From NCBI GenBank assembly GCA_963845535.1, contig CAWJSK010000015.1, positions 64,001 through 128,000 on the forward strand: a stretch of DNA of 64,000 bases. The letters run 5' to 3'. This document shows, one piece after another, positions 56,438 through 64,000 of this stretch. Every line of letters starts with the position of its first letter. Within the stretch, counting starts at the first letter, position 1. The position numbers were made by a program, and so were the translations under genes. The notes beneath the pieces were generated by a model. The model was not told where the DNA came from, did not search any database, and saw only the letters and a list, made by a program, of their open reading frames with translations. This stretch comes from an uncultured Spirochaetota bacterium (lineage in GTDB: Bacteria > Spirochaetota > Spirochaetia > SZUA-6 > Fen-1364).

Positions 56438-57535
56438 TTAGACGGGGATCTCCGCTTCGGCAGGAATGCTCCGCACGGAGGACCGCTCGATGATCGTTGG
56501 CGTGATCAGAGTGCGGGTGACGAGCTTGATCTCGGGGTGGAATATCTTCTCCAGAAGGATATTGGTCATGATCTCACCCATTGAGAACCCCGGGTGATCC
56601 ACGGAGGAAAGGGAGACGCGTTCTAACTGGGCGACGCTGGAGTTGTCGAAGCCGATGACGGACAGATCTCGCGGGACCTGGACGTTGTACTTTTCCGCGG
56701 CCTGGATGAGGTGCAGGGCATCCTCATCGCTTGAGCAGACAAACGCGGTGGGAAGCTCGGAGGCAGTACGGAAGAAGCGTTCCGCCGCTGCCGGCGCTTC
56801 GCTTGCCGGTCCCTGGCCCCGGAACCTCACCATCCAGTCCGCGCGCACGGAAGTATTCTTCCTCTCCAACAAAGTGTAGACCCCCTCCATCCTCCTGGTT
56901 TTCACCAGGTAGTCATCCTGGAAGAACACGCCGATTTTTCGATGCCCCCTGTCCCAGAGGTGCTGCGCCGCGGCGGCCCCGCCCGCCGGGTCATCGAGAG
57001 CCACGAAGCTGAACCTCCTGTCCAGGAACGTGCTGTCGCACAGGACGATGGCGATGCCTTCAGACTGCATCTCTTCGAGGAGGGTCGCGTTCGAGCGGTC
57101 TTTTCCGTCGTAGATCGGGGCAATGATGATCCCGTCCACTCGTTTCTTTCGAAGAGAAAGCAGGATGCTCCTCTCCTTTTCCAGATCGTACTCGGATTGG
57201 TTGAGGATGAGGTTGAAGCCCCGGGAGTACAGGACGTGGTCGCACCCGCGGATGACCTCGGGGAAAATATAGGAGCTGGCGAAGAAAGCAACAAAAGCGA
57301 TGTTCGTCGTGAGCTGCGTGGAAGGGACGCGCGAACGGCAGAAAGTTCCGACTCCCCGCTCCGTCTGCACCCATCCCTCCTGGGCAAGGTCACGGATTGC
57401 CTGCCGGACGGCGTTTCGGGAGACGCCAAACTGGGCGCAAAGCTGGCTTTCCGAGGGGAGTTTTTCTCCGGGGGCCAACTTGTTTTCGATGATGTTCTTT
57501 CGGATCCATGATCCGACTTGCTCATGTTTCTTCAT
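56438..57535 (-). CDS. GntR-HTH/LacI-effector regulator (AraR-type)
   Basis: LPSESQL..VSRNAVRQA..GVGTF with a periplasmic-binding-type C-domain (VPRDLSVIGFD). Confidence 0.92.
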   Translation of the reverse strand: MKKHEQVGSWIRKNIIENKLAPGEKLPSESQLCAQFGVSRNAVRQAIRDLAQEGWVQTERGVGTFCRSRVPSTQLTTNIAFVAFFASSYIFPEVIRGCDHVLYSRGFNLILNQSEYDLEKERSILLSLRKKRVDGIIIAPIYDGKDRSNATLLEEMQSEGIAIVLCDSTFLDRRFSFVALDDPAGGAAAAQHLWDRGHRKIGVFFQDDYLVKTRRMEGVYTLLERKNTSVRADWMVRFRGQGPASEAPAAAERFFRTASELPTAFVCSSDEDALHLIQAAEKYNVQVPRDLSVIGFDNSSVAQLERVSLSSVDHPGFSMGEIMTNILLEKIFHPEIKLVTRTLITPTIIERSSVRSIPAEAEIPV

Positions 57536-57552
57536 GACAGCCAAAACATGTT

Positions 57553-57687
57553 GGTACAAGTTGTATCCTATTGATTTCTTGCCAGTTATGCAAGAAAAAA
57601 TCGTCGAATTCCCTTTGATTTTTTTGTTGCGCTGGCCTTTTGGCCGTGTTAATCTGCGGCAACAATCAAAAAGGTACAAGCTGTACC
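57553..57687. promoter_or_regulatory. Two candidate GntR/AraR operators: GGTACAAGTTGTATC (57553) and GGTACAAGCTGTACC (57673)
   Basis: Near-palindromic, 120 bp apart, one near each divergent start. Confidence 0.7.
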
Positions 57688-57709
57688 ATCATCCCGAGGA
57701 GGTTTTGTT

Positions 57710-58561
57710 GTGCCCGACTCTTTCGGTCATACCTCGTCCCCTTTGCCTGCCAGCGCAATGATGGCCACTGCGATTTCTGAAGGAAACGCGCAACCTCCGG
57801 CTCTTCTTCTGTCTGGAATCGAGAAGTACTTCGGGGTCGTCTGCGCGCTTCGGAACGTCAACCTCGAGGTGGGGAAGAACGAGATCGTGGGGCTCATTGG
57901 AGACAACGGAGCGGGGAAATCCACGCTTGTCAAAATACTTACCGGCGTTTTCCCTCCAAGCCACGGAGAGCTTTCCATTGCTGGCCGAAAAGTGGACTGG
58001 AGAGCGTACTCGGTGCTCAGCGCGCATGCCCACGGAATAGAGACGGTGTACCAGGACAAGTCACTCGGGGAGAAGCAGGCCCTGTGGCGGAACTTCTTCA
58101 TTGGCCGGGAGATCACGCTTCCTTTCGGGTTCATCAATGTGAAACGGGAAAAGCAGATCGCCCAGGAGATCATGCTGAACACCATCGGGTTTCGGGGGAA
58201 GGGGATCACGGTGGATTCCCGGGCCAACAAGCTCTCCGGCGGAGAGAGGCAGGGCGTGGCCATTGGTCGCGCCATGCATTTCGAGGCGGACCTGATCATC
58301 CTTGATGAGCCCACCGTGGCGCTGTCCCTGAAAGAGGTGCGCAAGGTGCTCAACTTCGTTCACAAGATCAAGGACGCGGGCAAGGCCAGCGTGTATATCT
58401 CCCATGACATCCAGGACGTTTATGAGATATCCGACCGCTTCGTGGTCATGGATCGCGGAGAGATCGTCGCAAGCATCGCCAAGAAGGACATTTCCCTCAA
58501 GGCGTTGGACGAGTTCCTTCTGGAATACGCGCACGGCATGAAGGACAAGGAGCCGAAATGA
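57710..58561 (+). CDS. Sugar ABC ATPase (single domain, CUT2)
   Basis: GDNGAGKST, LSGGERQ, LDEPT. Confidence 0.93.
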   Translation: MPDSFGHTSSPLPASAMMATAISEGNAQPPALLLSGIEKYFGVVCALRNVNLEVGKNEIVGLIGDNGAGKSTLVKILTGVFPPSHGELSIAGRKVDWRAYSVLSAHAHGIETVYQDKSLGEKQALWRNFFIGREITLPFGFINVKREKQIAQEIMLNTIGFRGKGITVDSRANKLSGGERQGVAIGRAMHFEADLIILDEPTVALSLKEVRKVLNFVHKIKDAGKASVYISHDIQDVYEISDRFVVMDRGEIVASIAKKDISLKALDEFLLEYAHGMKDKEPK

Positions 58562-59586
58562 AGCGCCAAGGCTCCTTCCTGTCGACGCTCGGGCGGATCG
58601 AGGGGCTGCCCATTGCCGTGGTCCTTGCCGTGCTCTACCTGGTGTTCATCATCCTCACCCCGCAGGTCTTCCTGGGGTACCGCATCTACATGTCCTTCTT
58701 CCAGACAGTGCCGCCCCAACTCGTGCTCGCCCTCGGCCTCACCCTTGTCATCACGGCGGGGGAGATAGACCTGAGCTTTCCCGCCATTGTTGCGCTGTCG
58801 GGGTTCCTTTTCGCGTGGTCGTTCAAGCATGGGCTGCCTCCCTGGTTCGGGTTCCTGGCCGGGCTGGCCGGGGGCGGGCTGGTGGGCTACATCAACGGCG
58901 TGCTGGTGGCGCGCCTGCGCGTTCCTTCCATCATGGCCACCCTTGCCACGCAGTTCTTCTGGTATGGCGTAGTCATCTTGCTGGCGGGCGGACTCCAGCT
59001 GGACATTGCAGCGGTCATTCCCTCCCTCGAGCACGCCATCTTCACTGGCCGGCTTTTCGGCATTATGCCCACACAGGCGCTCTGGGCGCTTGGGCTCGCC
59101 GCCGTCATGTGGTTCATTCTCAACCGGCACAAGTTCGGGGAAGCCATCATGTTCATTGGGGACAACGCCGAGGTGGCGCGCGTCATGGGGATCAACGTGG
59201 AGTCCACACGGGTTGCGCTTTTCACATTGATGGGCGTCCTGGCCGGCTTTGCAGGGCTCATACTGACCTCTGAGATAAACGTGTTCTACCCCACGCAGGG
59301 CGGGGGCTTCCTGCTTCCCGTCATGGCCGCCGTGTTCATTGGCGGGACCTCCATTGCTGGAGGCAACGGGGTGGTTGTCGGCACGGTCTTCGGCGCCTAC
59401 ATCATCGGCTCGCTGGAAGCGGGCGTTGTGGCAACCGGGGTTGGAGGCTACTGGGTGCAGTTGGTGGAAGGGCTCGTCATGGCCGCATCCGTCATTCTCA
59501 ACATCGTGATCAGTGAAGGCGGGATCTCGGTCCTTTCGCGCGCCGCGCGCAAGTGGACGGTCCCGGACCGCTCAGGCTCACGTTGA
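58558..59586 (+). CDS. Sugar ABC permease (RbsC-like)
   Basis: GEIDLS, AAVFIGGTS..GG.G. Confidence 0.93.
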   Translation: MKRQGSFLSTLGRIEGLPIAVVLAVLYLVFIILTPQVFLGYRIYMSFFQTVPPQLVLALGLTLVITAGEIDLSFPAIVALSGFLFAWSFKHGLPPWFGFLAGLAGGGLVGYINGVLVARLRVPSIMATLATQFFWYGVVILLAGGLQLDIAAVIPSLEHAIFTGRLFGIMPTQALWALGLAAVMWFILNRHKFGEAIMFIGDNAEVARVMGINVESTRVALFTLMGVLAGFAGLILTSEINVFYPTQGGGFLLPVMAAVFIGGTSIAGGNGVVVGTVFGAYIIGSLEAGVVATGVGGYWVQLVEGLVMAASVILNIVISEGGISVLSRAARKWTVPDRSGSR

Positions 59587-59642
59587 CAAACCGCGCCGTC
59601 GGCGCGGAAAAAGTTTCTCTGGGAAACAGGAGGAAATCTTCG

Positions 59643-60641
59643 ATGAGTATTTCCGTAAGAAGGACGTTGACCGTCCTGGTCGTCCTGGGCATGGTGCTGG
59701 CCTCCGTGGCCTGGGCAGGCGGGACAAAGGAAGCCGGCGGCAAGCAGATCGTCGTCTATATGCAGATGGGCGGAACAGCCGGTGACGCCTCGACGCTGGC
59801 GCGCACCAACGGCGCCCGGGCGGCTGCCGCCGTCAACGGCGTGAAGCTGATCGAACAGTACTCCAAGTGGGATCCGCAGACCATGATCGACCAGTTCAAG
59901 CAGGCCATGGCGGCGAAGCCTGACGGGATTGTCATCATGGGCCATCCGGGAGAAGCGGCATTCGCGGCGCTGGTGGACCAGGCGGAAGCGCAGGGGATCA
60001 TCGTGACCAGCGGCAACAACCCGCTCCCCAACATCGAAGCCAAGTACCAGGACAAGGGCTTCGGCTACGCGGGCGCTGACCTGTACGACGGCGGTTTCCT
60101 CACGGGCGAAGCGATGGTGAAGGCCGGGCTGAAGGCCGGGGACGAAGCCCTGGTATACGACATCTGGCACCAGGAAGGACGCAGCCGCAGCTCGCAGGGC
60201 GTGTATGACGCCCTGGTCAAGGCCGGCCTGAAGGTCGACAAGCTGGACGTTTCCACCGAGGTGGACAGCGACACCTCCCTTGCCATCCCCATCCTGACCG
60301 CCTACCTCCAGGCACACCCCAACCTGAGGGCCATTGGCACGCAGCACGGCAACATTACAGCCAACCTTCCCAAGGTGCTCCAGGCCGCGGGCAAGAAGCC
60401 CGGTGACGTGATCTGCGGCGGCATTGACCTTTCCCCCGCCACGATCGCGGGAATTGAGCAGGGCTGGATGAGCGCGAGCTTCGACCAGGTCCTGTACCTC
60501 CAGGGGTACATTCCCGTCATGCAGGTCCTTATGACCAAGCTCTACAAGATCCCTGGCCTGCACGTGAACACGGGCGTCGGAACCGTGACCCCGCAGAACA
60601 TCAAGGATATCAAGCCCCTGATCGAGAAGGGCGTCCGCTAA
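59643..60641 (+). CDS. Sugar ABC substrate-binding protein (RbsB-like)
   Basis: Signal AWAGGTKE; AKPDGI, GIDLSP, DQVLYLQGY. Confidence 0.9.
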   Translation: MSISVRRTLTVLVVLGMVLASVAWAGGTKEAGGKQIVVYMQMGGTAGDASTLARTNGARAAAAVNGVKLIEQYSKWDPQTMIDQFKQAMAAKPDGIVIMGHPGEAAFAALVDQAEAQGIIVTSGNNPLPNIEAKYQDKGFGYAGADLYDGGFLTGEAMVKAGLKAGDEALVYDIWHQEGRSRSSQGVYDALVKAGLKVDKLDVSTEVDSDTSLAIPILTAYLQAHPNLRAIGTQHGNITANLPKVLQAAGKKPGDVICGGIDLSPATIAGIEQGWMSASFDQVLYLQGYIPVMQVLMTKLYKIPGLHVNTGVGTVTPQNIKDIKPLIEKGVR

Positions 60642-60660
60642 GAGCGTTTGTGCTGGATTC

Positions 60661-60739
60661 GCGCCTCCCGTCCATGGACGGGAGGCGCTTCCGACATCCA
60701 TGTCTCCGCGCCCCTTGTCCATCCATGGACAGGAGGCGC
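60661..60739. repeat. Cluster of three TCCATG-centred palindromes (REP-like / bidirectional terminator)
   Basis: Perfect 28-bp palindrome GCGCCTCCCGTCCATGGACGGGAGGCGC, then GACATCCATGTC, then a degenerate second copy. Confidence 0.85.
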
Positions 60740-60744
60740 TTTCT

Positions 60745-62178
60745 TTATGCCTTGATGCCCTCTGTCTCACGGGCGGAGAGTTTTTCCTTCTTCGCCAGGC
60801 TGCGCAGCACCGCTTTCTCATCATAGAGAAGGAAGACGAGCAGGCCGGCCACACACACGGCCACCGACACGATTGCGCTCATGCGGATGCCGAACGGATG
60901 CTCTACCGACATCCCCAGCGTAAGCATCCAGGGGAAGAGGATGTTCGCTATGGACATCCCGAGGTTCGTCTCGAAGGAGCGCACGCCGAAGAACATCCCG
61001 GCCTTGAAGTTGCCCGTCTCTATGCCGTCAGCCTCCGCGATGTCCGCCACCACGGCGTTGGGGACGATCGTGAAGATGGCGATGGGGAGCGCCGCGAAGA
61101 CGACAGTGACGTACGCATAGAGGAGTCCAGACACCGGGAGCATTCCCATGAAGGAGAACAGGACGAAGAGGAAGGCGAGCAGCCCGAAGCCGATCAGGAT
61201 CATCCTCTTCTTTTCCCAGCGCACCGCGGATGCCGTAACCAATGGATAGAAAACGAACGAGAGGATGAACATCACCATCATGAGGAACGAGGTGATCTCC
61301 TTGTCCAGGCGCAGGAGCGTCACAACGTAGTACACAATGCCCATCTGGATGATGGTCTGACAGACGTTGTACAGCAGCTCAGAGATCAGGAAGCGCGTGA
61401 AGTTCTTGTTGCGAAGCGACGAGCCCAGCGCCTGGAACGTGCCTTCGTTGGAAACCGAATATGCAGCGTAGCGCTTCTCATCGATGATGATCACGGGCAG
61501 CGCCATGAGGATCAGGGAAAGGACCCCGAAAATCGCCTCTACCGTCTGGAAGGCGCGCGTGGAGCTCATGCCGGAGCGCTCGAACATGGTCTGGAAGTCA
61601 TAAACGAAATTGCCGACCGCGAACCCCAGGGACCACGTGATGCCGATGGCCGTGCTGATGAAGAGGCGCTCCTTGGGGTTGTGGCCCAGCTCGCTGATCA
61701 GCGCGTTGTAGGGCGCCGTGTACATTACATAGAAGAAATAGAAAAGGAGGATGCTCACCGCGAGCCACGCGGTGTTCAGCCAGCTCGATGAGGGGCTGGG
61801 GTTGGAGGTGAAGTGCTGGAGAGGGACAAACACCAGGACGGAAAAGAGCGCGAACGGGGCGAAGCTCACCGCAAGGAAGAACCTGCGCCGCCCCATCCTG
61901 GCCCGTGACCTGTCGGACCATGATGCGAGCAGGGGGTTGCTCACCGCGTCGAAAAATCGCGCCCCGAAGTTGATGATCCCGATGATCGTGAAAATCCCGA
62001 TCAGCACGCCCTCGAAGACAAACGGAGGGAATATCCGCTGCGCCGAGGCCGTCTCCGGCGGCATGTAGAAATACATCACGAGGTTGCTCACCCCGTAGGA
62101 AGCAAGCGACCATCCTAGCTGGCCCAGCGCGAATATGCCGAGCTTCCCTGTTGGAAGTTTTTCCGGCGCTCCGCTCAT
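60745..62178 (-). CDS. MFS transporter, MelB/GPH-like
   Basis: FDAVSNPLLASWSDR..GRRR, PYNALISEL, ADIAEAD. Confidence 0.9.
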   Translation of the reverse strand: MSGAPEKLPTGKLGIFALGQLGWSLASYGVSNLVMYFYMPPETASAQRIFPPFVFEGVLIGIFTIIGIINFGARFFDAVSNPLLASWSDRSRARMGRRRFFLAVSFAPFALFSVLVFVPLQHFTSNPSPSSSWLNTAWLAVSILLFYFFYVMYTAPYNALISELGHNPKERLFISTAIGITWSLGFAVGNFVYDFQTMFERSGMSSTRAFQTVEAIFGVLSLILMALPVIIIDEKRYAAYSVSNEGTFQALGSSLRNKNFTRFLISELLYNVCQTIIQMGIVYYVVTLLRLDKEITSFLMMVMFILSFVFYPLVTASAVRWEKKRMILIGFGLLAFLFVLFSFMGMLPVSGLLYAYVTVVFAALPIAIFTIVPNAVVADIAEADGIETGNFKAGMFFGVRSFETNLGMSIANILFPWMLTLGMSVEHPFGIRMSAIVSVAVCVAGLLVFLLYDEKAVLRSLAKKEKLSARETEGIKA

Positions 62179-62349
62179 TCTCTTCCTCCAAGCTCGATTG
62201 TGATGCTTTGCGGCCTAAGGGCGCAAGGCTAAGTTGGCAAAAGGGCCGCTTTGTCAAAGGAACCGCTTGCGCGCCTTGCATTCACGTGATATTGTGTGTT
62301 AGTAACTCATCGCAACAACGGGAAGCCCACGAGAACGAGGTCATAGGGG

Positions 62350-63369
62350 ATGGCGGAACGAAAAGCGACATCTGCTGACGTTGCAACGAAAGCAGGGGTA
62401 TCGCGGACAACAGTTTCATTTGTGCTGAACAACACGCCGGGGAAGAACATCCCGGACGAGACCCGCCGGAAAGTGCTCGAAGCGGCTCGCGACCTGGGCT
62501 TTGTCCCGAACGAAAAAGCTCGCGACGTTGCCATGATCAAGCATCACTCCATCGGCTTCTTCATCCCGCATACCGGGTATATTTCTTCCGACGCCTACAT
62601 CATCAGGGTCATCGAAGGGATGACCCCCGTGCTGAACAAGAACCGCTTCCAGCTCGTCCTCCAGCCGCTGAAGCTCCAGGAAATGGACTACCTGTCGCGC
62701 GCACGGCAGGACGGCGTGGACGGGATCATCCTCATGAACACCCATGACGACGACAAAGGGCTCGTGGAGCTGATAGCCGCGCGGTTCCCGCTCGTCGTGA
62801 TCGGAACGGTCTCCCATCCCGGCGTGCTGCAGATCGACATCGACAACCGCTCCGCCGCCAAGAGCGCCGTGGAGTACCTGATATCCTTGGGCCATCGGGA
62901 CATCGGGATGATCCTCCACGCTCCTGGCTCGTATTACGCGGCGCGCGACAGATTCGAAGGATACCGCGCGGCAATGGAAGGCGCGCAGCTCGCCCTTCAA
63001 AAGTCGTGGATCAGGAACGCCGACCTCACGGAGGAGAGCGGCTACAAGGCAATGGCGGAGATCCTCACGGAGGAGAAACGGCCGACGGCGATGTTTGCGG
63101 GCAACGACGTGGTTGCCTACGGCGCAATGCAGGCAATCAAGGATGCGGGCCTCGCCATCCCGGAGGATATTTCGATCGTCGGGTTCGATGACGACCTTCC
63201 CTCCCGCTACGTGAATCCCCCTCTGACCACGGTGACCAACCCCGCGCCGAGCCTTGGGGCCTCCGCGGCGCGTCTGCTCATCGGGGTTCTCCAGGGTCAG
63301 GCGGAGCCGGAGCCGGCGCCCGCGCTGCCCATGCTGCTGGCCGTGCGTGACAGCTGCAGACCGGTCTAG
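62350..63369 (+). CDS. LacI family regulator
   Basis: DVATKAGVSRTTVSFVLN, IPEDISIVGFDD..PPLTTV. Confidence 0.95.
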   Translation: MAERKATSADVATKAGVSRTTVSFVLNNTPGKNIPDETRRKVLEAARDLGFVPNEKARDVAMIKHHSIGFFIPHTGYISSDAYIIRVIEGMTPVLNKNRFQLVLQPLKLQEMDYLSRARQDGVDGIILMNTHDDDKGLVELIAARFPLVVIGTVSHPGVLQIDIDNRSAAKSAVEYLISLGHRDIGMILHAPGSYYAARDRFEGYRAAMEGAQLALQKSWIRNADLTEESGYKAMAEILTEEKRPTAMFAGNDVVAYGAMQAIKDAGLAIPEDISIVGFDDDLPSRYVNPPLTTVTNPAPSLGASAARLLIGVLQGQAEPEPAPALPMLLAVRDSCRPV

Positions 63370-63381
63370 GCGGGACCAGGC

Positions 63382-64000
63382 ATGGCAGCCGCAAAAGCCA
63401 TCTATCCCCTGTATCCCACCGACACATGGATGATTCGTGAGACGACGTTCGAACCTTCCCGTGGAGCGCGAAATGAGGCGATTTTTTCCCTCGGGAACGG
63501 CCACCTCGGGATGCGGGGGAACTTCGAGGAAGACCGGTGCGTCGGCGCCGCGGGCACGTACGTCAACGGCTTCTTCGAAGAGACCCCCATCATCTATGGG
63601 GAGATCGCATACGCGTACGCCCGGAATCGGCAGGTCATGCTGAACCTGGCGGACGCAAAGATCATCCGTCTTTTCGTGGCCGATGAGCCGCTGGACCTTT
63701 CTGTGGGCCGGCTCCTTTCCTACGAGCGTCATCTCGACCTCAGAGAAGGCGTCCTGGTGCGGACCCTCTGCTGGAGATCGCCGGGCGGGCGCCCGGTGGA
63801 GCTGGAAACCCGCCGGCTCGTCTCCCTCTCCCGACGCCATGTGGCCGCCATCCAGTACGACCTGCGCCGCTTCGACGGACCGGCCCAGCTGGAGTCGGTG
63901 ATCGACGGGAGTGTTTCGAACAAGGTGGCCGGTGATGACCCCCGGGTGGGGGCGCACTTTCGCGAAAAACCGCTTCGGGCGGTCCACGTGGAAGGCGCGG
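63382..64000 (+). CDS. Glycoside hydrolase family 65 (partial, N-terminal domain)
   Basis: Not in ORF track (no stop in window). My translation: ...NEAIFSLGNGHLGMRGNFEE...GTYVNGFFE..PIIYGE...YERHLDLREGVL. Confidence 0.88.
   Translation, partial: MAAAKAIYPLYPTDTWMIRETTFEPSRGARNEAIFSLGNGHLGMRGNFEEDRCVGAAGTYVNGFFEETPIIYGEIAYAYARNRQVMLNLADAKIIRLFVADEPLDLSVGRLLSYERHLDLREGVLVRTLCWRSPGGRPVELETRRLVSLSRRHVAAIQYDLRRFDGPAQLESVIDGSVSNKVAGDDPRVGAHFREKPLRAVHVEGA

Noticed and set aside
62416..63987. 523-aa minus-strand ORF
   Set aside because: Antisense to the clear LacI and GH65 genes.

Overview
Bacterial genomic window, GC-rich overall. It is probably from a free-living spirochaete: this is inferred from solute-binding proteins with 'AGGxxE' N-termini and an Ig-repeat/OmpA lipoprotein. 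I see no rRNA, tRNA, CRISPR array or transposase. The first ~24 kb is an accessory metal/metalloid/redox region. It holds ferredoxin-OsmC, patatin, pfkA and an Nramp with a non-canonical TM6. It also holds a translationally coupled arsR-arsD-arsA operon that continues into a YuzD-like protein, two YlbF/YmcA-like proteins with Cys tails, an FmdB zinc ribbon and a minimal SufCB (SmsCB) pair, with no ArsB/Acr3/ArsC in the window. This operon is the most interesting candidate for an undescribed system. After it come a CDF transporter, a hydantoinase-family gene, a second ArsR operon (Trx, ArsP, TSUP, 2x FmdE, DUF169, AbrB-fused radical SAM, Trx, CcdA, Trx-like) and hcp. The remainder is mostly ordinary: two FecR/DUF6600 paralogs, MarR/MFS, DeoR/rhaM, a methyltransferase, a nitroreductase, three HtrA-type proteases, a Crp/CoADR-rhodanese persulfide module, two-component genes, RluA, two sugar ABC systems, GntR, MFS, LacI and a partial GH65. 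Several operator motifs are visible, including TGGCAATATTGCCA in 3-4 copies, ArsR boxes, FNR- and CRP-type boxes and TTAA-N6-TTAA. About seven single-base frameshifts suggest assembly indel errors. All calls come from motif recognition by eye; no database search was run.
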